Below, piece after piece: positions 1 through 7,984 of a stretch of 64,000 bases of DNA (position 1 is its first letter; each line of letters opens with the position of its first letter). Both the position numbers and the translations under genes were made by a program. Below the pieces are notes generated by a model, which had not been told where the DNA came from, did not search any database, and worked only from the letters and a program-made list of their open reading frames with translations. This DNA comes from an uncultured bacterium (GTDB taxonomy: Bacteria > Planctomycetota > Phycisphaerae > UBA1845): assembly GCA_965371245.1 (NCBI GenBank), contig CBDUXT010000003.1, positions 65,745 through 129,744 on the forward strand, written 5' to 3'.

Positions 1-14
1 GGAGCAGGGGGGTT

Positions 15-989
15 CTAGTAACCGGCCAGTTCGACCAGGAACGTTTGGTACTCGTTTTCCAGCGTCGTCAGTGGTTGGGCGAAATAGCAGCGGAACGCGG
101 CCGCGGCTGCGTCCGAGGGATCGTCGGCGGTCAGTCCCGCGGCCGAGACCTTGACCTGGAACGCCCCGGTGGCGATGTCGCTCAGCATGTTCCGGCAGCC
201 CTCCGCGTAGTCCCCGTTGCCTCCGTGCAGCAGGAACGTTACCAGCGCCCAGGCCTGCGCATAGTAGACCTGCACCGTCTCGTGCCGCCGCCGCGTGAGG
301 ACCTCACCGGCGTTGGTTCGAATCAGTTCGCTGAAGGGCAGAAGCCGTCCTGTTTTCAGTGCATTGCGAAGGCTGTTGATGCGGAAGGTGTTGCGCTGCG
401 GAGTGAAACGGACGGACTCACCGGCGTACTCCAATGCCTCGTGATAACAGGCGAGGCCCTCGTTGAGCCACGCCGGGATCGGCGCCGCGAACCGGCTGTG
501 AGCGTACTGATGCCAGCCCTCGTGGGCCAGCGTGGCGAGCGTGGCCGCGCGGGTGGCATAAAAGGTCACCGCCGTGTCACCCTCGGTGAAGCCGCCCGTG
601 CGGATGCGTCTCAACGTTGCGTAACGATCAGGGTAGAACGTCCCCGTGAACTGTGCCCATTCGGCTCGCGTAGCGAACACGTACGTGGTCAGCCTGGTGT
701 TCGCCGGAGCCGGAGCGGGCGCCACGGACTCGAAACGGCGCAGCATCGCTTCCAGGAAGCCGGACAGGGCGTTCTCGAACTCGACGTCGGTCAAGGTGGA
801 ATGGACTTCAAAATGCTGCGTGGTCAACGTGCGACCCACGAGTCCGGTCTCGGACCATGGCGTCACGAGCGGGCGAGGCTCGACCCGGGCTCCGGGGTTT
901 CGCTCGCCCAGGGCGCAACCGCCGCAAAAGAGCGCCGGCGCCATGACGCTTAGTCGGACGCAACGGGCGGGTCGTCGTGTTCGACGCAT
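15..989 (-). CDS. DUF1570-like secreted metallopeptidase-fold protein (HExxH)
   Basis: Last 324 codons of the 964-aa minus ORF (ATG 987-989, stop 15-17). HExxH lies in LAHEGWHQYAH, followed by NEGLACYHE. The N-terminal hydrophobic/Cys stretch MAPALFCGGCALG looks like a signal peptide or lipobox. The rest of the long ORF is antisense to trxB/gspE and is rejected. Confidence 0.7.
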   Translation of the reverse strand: MRRTRRPARCVRLSVMAPALFCGGCALGERNPGARVEPRPLVTPWSETGLVGRTLTTQHFEVHSTLTDVEFENALSGFLEAMLRRFESVAPAPAPANTRLTTYVFATRAEWAQFTGTFYPDRYATLRRIRTGGFTEGDTAVTFYATRAATLATLAHEGWHQYAHSRFAAPIPAWLNEGLACYHEALEYAGESVRFTPQRNTFRINSLRNALKTGRLLPFSELIRTNAGEVLTRRRHETVQVYYAQAWALVTFLLHGGNGDYAEGCRNMLSDIATGAFQVKVSAAGLTADDPSDAAAAAFRCYFAQPLTTLENEYQTFLVELAGY

Positions 990-1205
990 GCTTACGCTCA
1001 GCCGGGTTGATGGTGCCTGAACGCAGACACGAGCCCACGCCATGGGGAGAGGTCGGACAAGAGCGTAGACGCCCCCGTCCGCGCGGTCAATCGTCTGCGT
1101 CGCGTGGACGGGCGCACCTCTGGAGACTAGGATGCGGGTTCGTTCGACGGGGAATGGCGCCAGAGCGGGCGATCCGAGCCACACAAGCAGGAGAGCAAGG
1201 ACACC

Positions 1206-2246
1206 ATGCCGCAACACGACAAGGTCGAGAACATCATCATCGTCGGTTCCGGTCCGGCGGGCTGGACGGCGGCCATTTACGCCGCCCGGGCGAATCTCAG
1301 CCCCCTCGTGTTTGCCGGTCGCCCCAAGACCGTTCCGACGACGGTATTGCCCGGCGGGCAGCTTATGCTTACCACCGAGGTTGAGAATTACCCAGGGTTC
1401 CCGGAGGGCGTGACGGGGCCGACCATGATGTCCTACTTCGAGCGGCAGGCCGTCCGGTTCGACACACGGATCGTGACCGACAAGGGATTCAGCCCCGACG
1501 TCTCCGACCCGGACGACGGGCACAGCTACACCTATCACGATTGCAAACGGGTGGACTGCTCGAAGCATCCGTTCCTGGTGATCGGCGAAGACGACACGGA
1601 GTATCGCGCGCACAGCGTCATCATTGCCACGGGCGCGACGGCCAACTGGCTGGGGCTGGAAAACGAAATGCGGCTCGCCCAAAGCGGCGGCGGGGTCAGC
1701 GCCTGCGCCGTCTGCGACGGGGCGCTTCCCGTTTTCCGTGACAAGGTGTTGGCGGTGGTGGGGGGCGGCGACTCGGCCGTTGAGGAGGCGAGCTACTTGA
1801 CCAAGTTCGCCTCGAAGGTCTGCATGATCCACCGGCGGGACGAACTCCGCGCGTCGAAGATCATGGCCCAGCGGGCGATGGAGAACCCGAAGATCGAACT
1901 TCTCTGGAACAAGGTGGTCATCGACGTGCTGGGTGATGACATGATCACCGGCGTGCAGCTCAAGGACACCAAGAGCGGCGAGACCTCGACATTGGAAGTG
2001 GGCGGGCTGTTCGCCGCCATCGGGCACACGCCGGCCACGGCGTTTCTGGAAGGGCAGTTGGAACTCGACGAGAAAGAGTACATCAAACTCGCCGACCCAT
2101 ACCGCTCGACGACCAGCGTCGAGGGCGTGTTCGCCGCGGGCGACTGCGTGGACAGCGTCTACCGCCAGGCGATCACGGCCGCCGGCATGGGGTGCAAGGC
2201 CGCGATCGACGCGGAACGCTGGCTGACGGAACAGGGCATGGCGTGA
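1206..2246 (+). CDS. trxB: thioredoxin-disulfide reductase
   Basis: FAD motif IIIVGSGPAGWTAAIYAARA, redox-active CAVCDG, NADPH motif VVGGGDSAVEEASYL and C-terminal GVFAAGD...YRQAITAAGMGC. Colinear with E. coli TrxB except for two short insertions. Confidence 0.95.
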   Translation: MPQHDKVENIIIVGSGPAGWTAAIYAARANLSPLVFAGRPKTVPTTVLPGGQLMLTTEVENYPGFPEGVTGPTMMSYFERQAVRFDTRIVTDKGFSPDVSDPDDGHSYTYHDCKRVDCSKHPFLVIGEDDTEYRAHSVIIATGATANWLGLENEMRLAQSGGGVSACAVCDGALPVFRDKVLAVVGGGDSAVEEASYLTKFASKVCMIHRRDELRASKIMAQRAMENPKIELLWNKVVIDVLGDDMITGVQLKDTKSGETSTLEVGGLFAAIGHTPATAFLEGQLELDEKEYIKLADPYRSTTSVEGVFAAGDCVDSVYRQAITAAGMGCKAAIDAERWLTEQGMA

Positions 2247-2324
2247 GACCGCTTCGCATACCCGACGGATTGAGCGAAACGGAATGGCATGTTGTGACGC
2301 GCATGTGCGTCTTCGAGTGACAGC

Positions 2325-4001
2325 ATGATCGCAGCGGCCGCGGCGGAACATCCGATCGTTACGCGCCTTCTCGCTGAGGGGGTGTTGATGCCCGTGGGGC
2401 TTGTCGCGATGCGGCGCGAGTCCGAGTTGACGGGCATGCCGCTGGTCGAGGTGTTGCTGGCCCACGATCTGATCAGCGAGGCCGACGTCGGGAAACTCTA
2501 CGCCGAGATGTCCGGGCTGCGGTTTCTCGACCTGTCCCGTCGTCCGCCGACGCACGGCTGGGTGCTGACCCTTCCGGAAAACATCGCCCGTCGCAAGGAC
2601 TGCCTGATTTTCGGGGAGGTATCCGGGCAGTTGGTGGCGGTGGTCGGCGACCCGATGGACTCCACGGTTCGCGCGGCGGTCGAAGCTCGTTACGAGCGGC
2701 CCATCCAGTACGTGGTCAGCCCGCGCTTTCAGATTCGCGAGGCGATCGAGAACATCTACGGCAATGCCCGAGCGCAGGGCGCGCGTATTCAAACGGAAAC
2801 CCCGGGCAGCCACGCGGCCACCGTCGCGACATCGACCGGGCTGGACATGGTCGAGCAGTTCGACAGCATCGTCGATGAGGCCGTCGATCGCCGTGCCAGT
2901 GACATCCATGTCGAGCCCGAGGACGACCGTGTTCGCATTCGGCTGCGCATCGACGGGCGCATGATCGAGGCGCGGGCGTATCCGCTCGATGCGGCCGCGT
3001 CGCTCGTCTCGCGCATCAAGGTGCTCACGGAACTCGACATCACCGAACGGCGCAAGCCGCAGGACGGGCGCTTCACGCGGCGCAGCTTCGATCAGGACAT
3101 CGACGTCCGTGTGGCGGTGATTCCCACGGCCCGCGGCGAGCGTGTCACCTTGCGGCTCTTGTCGCAGGACGTTTCACGTCTGACGCTCGAGCACCTGGGC
3201 ATGGGCATGGAACTCGGGCAGGCGGTCGATCGGCTCATCCACCGAACCCACGGCATCATTCTGCTGACCGGGCCGACCGGCAGTGGCAAGACCACGACAC
3301 TCTATGCCGCGCTGCAACGCATCAACAGCATCGACAAACACATCATCACCATCGAAGATCCGGTCGAGTACAAGATTCCGGGGATCAACCAGGTAGCGGT
3401 GGATAGCGAGTACGGCGTGTCCTTTGCCATGGCCCTTCGCAGCATTCTGCGACACGACCCGGACGTCATCATGGTCGGCGAGATCCGCGACGAGGAAACC
3501 GCCCACCTCGCGCTCGAGGCTTCTTTGACGGGTCACCTGGTGCTCGCCACGCTTCACACGAACTCGGCCGTCGGTGCCGTTACGCGGTTACTCGACATGG
3601 GCTGCGAAGCCTATCTGGTCGCCAGCGCGCTGATCGGGGTGATGGCCCAGCGACTGGTCCGCAAGATCTGCACGAACTGCAAGCGCGCCTATGAGCCCGG
3701 CGCGGCCGAACGGAAGATCATGGGCATCCCGGAGAGTCGGACCGAGGTGGAGGTCTTCCGCGGCGCCGGCTGCTCGCGATGCCTGCGCAGCGGATACTAC
3801 GACCGCGTCGGCATTTTCGAGTTCGTGCCCTTCGACACGGGTCTGTCGCAGCTCGTCATGGAAAAAGCGACGCTCGACGTACTCGAAGCGTACGCCGTCG
3901 AGCACGGGGCCATCACCCTACGCGACGACGCGGCCACCAAGGTGCGTGACGGGCTTACGACACTGGAAGAGGCCATCCGCGTCACCGCCCACATGGAGTG
4001 A
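2325..4001 (+). CDS. GspE/PilB-family secretion ATPase (type II secretion / type IV pilus assembly)
   Basis: 558 aa. Walker A GPTGSGKTTT, Walker B/Asp box DPDVIMVGEIRD, His box LATLHTNSA and a tetracysteine pair CTNC...CSRC. The N-terminal domain is T2SSE_N-like. No partner secretion or pilus genes are adjacent. Confidence 0.9.
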   Translation: MIAAAAAEHPIVTRLLAEGVLMPVGLVAMRRESELTGMPLVEVLLAHDLISEADVGKLYAEMSGLRFLDLSRRPPTHGWVLTLPENIARRKDCLIFGEVSGQLVAVVGDPMDSTVRAAVEARYERPIQYVVSPRFQIREAIENIYGNARAQGARIQTETPGSHAATVATSTGLDMVEQFDSIVDEAVDRRASDIHVEPEDDRVRIRLRIDGRMIEARAYPLDAAASLVSRIKVLTELDITERRKPQDGRFTRRSFDQDIDVRVAVIPTARGERVTLRLLSQDVSRLTLEHLGMGMELGQAVDRLIHRTHGIILLTGPTGSGKTTTLYAALQRINSIDKHIITIEDPVEYKIPGINQVAVDSEYGVSFAMALRSILRHDPDVIMVGEIRDEETAHLALEASLTGHLVLATLHTNSAVGAVTRLLDMGCEAYLVASALIGVMAQRLVRKICTNCKRAYEPGAAERKIMGIPESRTEVEVFRGAGCSRCLRSGYYDRVGIFEFVPFDTGLSQLVMEKATLDVLEAYAVEHGAITLRDDAATKVRDGLTTLEEAIRVTAHME

Positions 4002-4017
4002 ATCACATCCCTCACCC

Positions 4018-4046
4018 CCGAGCCGCGGGCTCCAGCCCGCGCGGAC
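4018..4046 (+). repeat. 29-nt REP-like hairpin (family R3), copy 1
   Basis: Sequence CCGAGCCGCGGGCTCCAGCCCGCGCGGAC, a GC stem GCGGGC/GCCCGC around a 4-nt loop. It lies 17 nt after the gspE-like stop. The same unit recurs at 14328, 49783, 52162, 55992 and 57271. Confidence 0.8.
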
Positions 4047-4360
4047 GCTGGTTCTCCCGCGGACAAACGAACATCGACCCGGCCGACCGGGCTCTCTTTT
4101 CGAGCCGCGACCGTGAGAGAGCGAACCCAGGGCCGGTTGGCCCATCCATCGCGTGGCGATGGGTGGGGTCACGATGATCGAGTGTCGAAGGCCTTAGGTC
4201 TGCCCAAGCATCGCGATCCCACCCTTCGCTTTCGCAAAGGATGGGCCACCCGTCTGAGTCGATGACTCGACCCACACGGCTCGATTTGACACGTCGCACA
4301 AGCACGAGTTAAGCTGCAGTGGAGCTAAGTCAGAAGAACTTCAGTCGAGAGGAGTCTGAG

Positions 4361-5260
4361 ATGTTGAAACGAGAGTGCTGCCCAAAACGCGAGATTCTGT
4401 TGCTAACGGTCGTGGCATCAGCCTTGATTTTCCTAACAGGCTGCCCCCTGAACATTTTCGTCAATTCGTGTGACGACGGAAATTTCTGCAACGGCACCGA
4501 AACTCTCGTTGATGGATCGTGCCAGCCAGGAACGGCGGTCAGTTGCGACGATGGCGTCGATTGTACGGTTGACTCCTGCAACGAGAGCACGGGCTCATGC
4601 GACAATATCGCCAACGATTCCACCTGTGACAACGGGATGTTCTGTGACGGAAATGAGACTTGCGACCCGATTCTTGACTGCCAGATGGGCTCACCACCGA
4701 GCTGCGACGATGGCGTGGTATGTACCGAAGATTCCTGCAACGCCGAGACAGACTCTTGTGACAATACAGTTCAAGACAACAGCGTAACCACGGTCGTGAC
4801 GTTCGATGCCATCGATGCTTCAGGTGGCCCCGTCGAAGTTGGCGACGTTTTTCAAGCGGACGGGGTACTGTTTGAAAACCTGTGGGTGAGAGATATCTCC
4901 GACGACCCGTTTCACCTCACAGGGGCGGGAAGCGGAGTTTCCACACTTCCAACGGCTGCCGGTTTGAACGACGAGCCACCCTCTGTACTGATGGCGACGG
5001 TCCGATTCGTCGACCCCTCCACGGGACTGCCAGCTGGCACTGGGTCGATCGAATTCGACGCCTTCGATACCGAAGTCGGAACTACCCTTGTTACGGTTTC
5101 CGCGTTCGGCATGAACGGATTGCTCCTGTACGAAGAGACGTTTGTGACACCACCCGCTCAAAGGCTTCACGTAGTCATACCCGTGTCTTGTGTAGGCCGC
5201 ATCGAATTGTCTACAGACACTGACGGAGCAGATCTAGATAATCTTCAGTGGAACCGGTAA
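4361..5260 (+). CDS. lipoprotein with tandem cysteine-rich repeats (Myxococcus-type Cys-rich repeat-like) and a C-terminal Cys-poor domain
   Basis: ATG at 4361 is preceded by GAGAGGAG; the track ORF starts at a GTG at 4319. Signal plus lipobox: LLLTVVASALIFLTGC. At least 5 repeats resemble CDDGVDCTVDSCNESTGSCDN. GC is visibly lower, with more A/T-ending codons than neighbouring genes. Confidence 0.7.
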   Translation: MLKRECCPKREILLLTVVASALIFLTGCPLNIFVNSCDDGNFCNGTETLVDGSCQPGTAVSCDDGVDCTVDSCNESTGSCDNIANDSTCDNGMFCDGNETCDPILDCQMGSPPSCDDGVVCTEDSCNAETDSCDNTVQDNSVTTVVTFDAIDASGGPVEVGDVFQADGVLFENLWVRDISDDPFHLTGAGSGVSTLPTAAGLNDEPPSVLMATVRFVDPSTGLPAGTGSIEFDAFDTEVGTTLVTVSAFGMNGLLLYEETFVTPPAQRLHVVIPVSCVGRIELSTDTDGADLDNLQWNR

Positions 5261-5506
5261 CAGTCACGTCCGTGCCCACCGTTGTTATTGCCGCTTGATA
5301 CGAAGCATGCTCTTTCGGGCCTAAGTGTCAGGAAGGGAGTTACAGGAAACGCGTTGAGACGCTGGCATCCTACCAGTGACTTACGCCCGCGTCGCGTTCT
5401 CTTGCGGTGAAGTATCGGCTCATCTTACTGACCAGCTTCTGGGGCGTACGCCCGAGCCAGTTAGGGCAGGATCTTGAGTTTCGTACGTGGCTAGTCGGCG
5501 CGAACG

Positions 5507-6028
5507 CTATGGCTGCATCGCGTCGGAGCCGTCGAAGGGCTCGGTGTCGTCATCGTTGAGGCCGAACAGCTCGAGCCAGTTGGTGTCGTCCATGGTTTGC
5601 GTGTCGATTGGGTCTTCGCTTGCCGAGGTGGGGTTAGCGGTATCCCGCTTCGCGAACAACTCACTGACGAAGCAGTCGGAGTCGATGTCACGGCAACGAT
5701 GGTACCGGGCTTCGAGGCGTATGGCCTTGTCGCTGGTGACGACGCGGACGCGCCCCGGATCCTTGGTCGCACCGATCATCGCCACGATCACGTCGTCGGC
5801 CGTTTGTGGGGCACTGTAGCGGACGTCCACGTGCGTGGCTGCCATCTGCTGCCCGAGACCGCTGCGCGGGGGCGGGCCGTCGAAGACGATCGTCGTGCGT
5901 AGGTCTTGATCCGCTATCCAGTTACCGACGATCCGCACGAGCGTTTCGCGTCCGACGTTCGGCAGCGGCGCGTGAGCATGCATAGCGTGCAGCAGGTTGT
6001 TTCCATCGATGATGAGTTCGTCCGGCAT
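5507..6028 (-). CDS. NYN-domain (YacP/Rae1-like) predicted RNase
   Basis: 173 aa. LIIDGNNLLH...TTIVFDG...QTADDVIV...RVVTSDKAI matches the YacP-like NYN layout as I remember it. The tail is acidic. Confidence 0.7.
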   Translation of the reverse strand: MPDELIIDGNNLLHAMHAHAPLPNVGRETLVRIVGNWIADQDLRTTIVFDGPPPRSGLGQQMAATHVDVRYSAPQTADDVIVAMIGATKDPGRVRVVTSDKAIRLEARYHRCRDIDSDCFVSELFAKRDTANPTSASEDPIDTQTMDDTNWLELFGLNDDDTEPFDGSDAMQP

Positions 6029-6187
6029 GTCGTCCCCGCAGGCGCGGAGCTACGGTAGTCGATGCCGAGGCGAACGCCAAGCGCAGCACGACAGCGGCCG
6101 TGACGCCGGTTCGCCCATGGATCCGGCGACTCGAACCAGAGAAAAACGAAACGCTCTGGTGTAGGGGCACGCGTAAGCTTGCGGGTC

Positions 6188-6268
6188 GGGTGGCCCATGG
6201 CTTTAGCCGTGGGGGAGTCGAATCCGGTGAGCATTCGAGTCCCCCACCTCTGAAGAGGCGGGCCACCC
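6188..6268 (+). repeat. 81-nt structured repeat (family R2), copy 1
   Basis: The outer stem GGGTGGCCC/GGGCCACCC encloses three hairpins: GGC-TTTA-GCC, GTGGGGGA.TCGAAT-loop-ATTCGA.TCCCCCAC and CCTC-TGAA-GAGG. A second copy at 47526-47606 differs at about 3 positions. Confidence 0.8.
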
Positions 6269-6308
6269 ACCGAGCAAACCCCGTAGATTCAAGGTTGACC
6301 GCTAGTAC

Positions 6309-6641
6309 TTAGTGGGCGCCCACGGGGCAGGCCCCGGCGCCGGCACCGGCCGGCTCGTCGCCGCCATACACTTCGTGCTGGGGTCGGCCGGAGAGGATTT
6401 CTTGCTTGCCCCAGTTGGCGACGTTCTTGAAGGTATCGGATGCGATGAAGCTGTCAAAGGCCGGCTTGCTCGTCCACTTCGAGACGATCAGATAGTGCTT
6501 CGCGTCGGTGATGTCGCGGAACATGTGCGTCTTGTCGTGGCCCTCGATTCCACCCATGGCGGTCACCACCTTCTTGAACGCGTTCTCGAATGTTTCCTCT
6601 TTCCCGGGCAATACGTTGTAGTTCATTCCGACGGTGACCAT
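6309..6641 (-). CDS. antibiotic-biosynthesis-monooxygenase (ABM) domain protein
   Basis: 110 aa with an ABM-like ferredoxin-fold pattern: MNYNVLPGKEETFENAF...GHDKTHMFRD...YLIVSKWTSKPAFDSF. Confidence 0.75.
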   Translation of the reverse strand: MVTVGMNYNVLPGKEETFENAFKKVVTAMGGIEGHDKTHMFRDITDAKHYLIVSKWTSKPAFDSFIASDTFKNVANWGKQEILSGRPQHEVYGGDEPAGAGAGACPVGAH

Positions 6642-6912
6642 CGTGTTCTCTCCTGTAGGCGAATCCTGTTCCAGCTCAAGGCGGACGCGTTTGCAGCGAG
6701 TCCTACCCGCCGATGTATCGGCCTGATGTCGCTGCCAAGCCGCTCATTATCGGGGATGTCGACCGTTTGGCGAGATCTCTTCGACAATTCCTGAAACAAC
6801 CGCGCCGGACCGATCGGAGCGGTTGCGGAGTCGGGCTACATCGCGCAGAGTGGTGTCCGTGAATGGAACAGGTTCATCCTCATCGGCCCCGAACCCGGCC
6901 GAGGCGAACTGG

Positions 6913-7650
6913 ATGCGTGCCGATTGGTACGACCGATCCATCAACTGGGCGGCACGCCTGAAGCGGGAAGTCCCGGCTCTCGTGGACGTTCTTGGACCGC
7001 CCCAAGGCGGCGGACTCCTCGATGCCGGCTGCGGAACCGGCCATCAGGCGCTGGCGCTGGCGGAACGGGGCTATCGAGTGGTGGGCGCGGACCTGAGCGA
7101 GGAGATGCTCTCGATCGCGCTGCGGCGGGCGAAGGACGCCCCCGGAGACATTCGTTTTGTACCGGCGGCGTACGATCGCCTCCGTGCGTTGGCGGGGACC
7201 GGGTTCGACGGGGTCTATTGTCTGGGCAACGCCCTCGCCGCCGCCGGCAGTCGCGACGGCGTGGCGGACGCGCTTGCCGAGTTTGCGGCCTGCCTTCGCC
7301 CCGGCGGTCGCCTGTTCGTCCAGGTGCTCAACTTCGCTCCGATGAAGGAGCAGGTGCCATGCGTTCGCGGTCCGCGCGTATCGACGATGGACGGACAAAC
7401 CTACGTCTCCGTTCGCCAGTTCCACTTCGCCGACGGCTTGGCGCAGGTTACGAATATCACTCTCTGGGACGACGGAGGTTGGCGGAAGCGCGCTCACGCC
7501 GGCACGTTGTATCCGGTCACGCTGGGCGAGCTTCGCACGTGGTGCACATCCAGCGGACTGCGCATCGACGAGGCGTGGGGCGGCTACGATCGCAAGCCGT
7601 TCGACGAAGGCCGATCCACCGACCTGATCATCGCGGCCACGCGGGAATAG
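6913..7650 (+). CDS. class I SAM-dependent methyltransferase
   Basis: SAM motif I LLDAGCGTGHQALALAERG, followed by VVGADLSEEML. ATG at 6913 is chosen over the upstream TTG at 6823. Confidence 0.85.
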   Translation: MRADWYDRSINWAARLKREVPALVDVLGPPQGGGLLDAGCGTGHQALALAERGYRVVGADLSEEMLSIALRRAKDAPGDIRFVPAAYDRLRALAGTGFDGVYCLGNALAAAGSRDGVADALAEFAACLRPGGRLFVQVLNFAPMKEQVPCVRGPRVSTMDGQTYVSVRQFHFADGLAQVTNITLWDDGGWRKRAHAGTLYPVTLGELRTWCTSSGLRIDEAWGGYDRKPFDEGRSTDLIIAATRE

Positions 7651-7664
7651 GCGACCGCGGATGG

Positions 7665-7845
7665 GCGTGTGACAGTTTTGGCGGGGCGTGCAAAGCCATC
7701 TTGACAGCGGCGGGCCGGGTCAGAGCCGTGGGCGCAAGCCCTCGGACACGATGCGAACAAGCATCGGGCTTCTACAATACCAGACCGGTCACAGGGCTCG
7801 CGCCCCGTGCTCTGAAGACTGCCCGCCGATTCGGTCATGCACCCA
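7665..7845 (+). repeat. ~180-bp MITE-like repeat (family R1), copy A
   Basis: Begins GGGCGTGTGACAGTTTTGGCGGGG and ends GCCCGCCGATTCGGTCATGCACCC, forming imperfect terminal inverted repeats. Internal hairpins include CCGTGGGC-GCAA-GCCCTCGG. Homologous copies lie at 21895, 40818 and 58095 (full or nearly full) and at 14461 and 60688 (partial). Confidence 0.8.
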
Positions 7846-7874
7846 CCGTGGATTGCAATCGTGATGCGGCTTGA

Positions 7875-7961
7875 CACACATGGCCACGCAAGCGTGGACC
7901 ATGCCAGCCAACAACCGGTGCCGTGAAGAGTCGGCCCACTTTCCTGGAAACGGCACTGGGC
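7875..7961 (+). repeat. family R6 repeat, copy
   Basis: CACACATGGCCACGCAAGCGTGGACCATGCCAGCCAAC...TTTCCTGGAAACGGCACTGGGC aligns by eye with 26636-26720, roughly three quarters identical. Confidence 0.6.
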
Positions 7962-7984
7962 TGCCGCGCACTGCTGTCTTCATG

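Noticed and set aside
1206-2246. Insertions in TrxB, including the segment ...SPDVSDPDDGHSYTYHDCKRVDCSKHPF... with two extra Cys, as a possible novel redox module.
   Set aside because: These are short surface-loop-sized insertions relative to E. coli TrxB, and all catalytic motifs are intact. Without an alignment of relatives there is no basis for a functional claim.
990-2909. Upstream 640 codons of the 964-aa minus-strand ORF (15-2909).
   Set aside because: This part runs antisense to the well-supported trxB and gspE-like genes. The translation is Arg/His/Gly/Asp-rich with no motifs, typical of stop-poor antisense frames in high-GC DNA. Only the last 324 codons (15-989) look like a real protein.
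6188-6268. Possible tRNA or tRNA-like gene, because of the cloverleaf-like fold and a GTCGAATCC string.
   Set aside because: The arm lengths are wrong: a 15-bp central stem and a 4-nt loop in the third arm. There is no T-loop GTTCRANYC within a 5-bp stem, no 7-nt anticodon loop and no discriminator/CCA context. I found no convincing tRNA anywhere in the intergenic regions I read.
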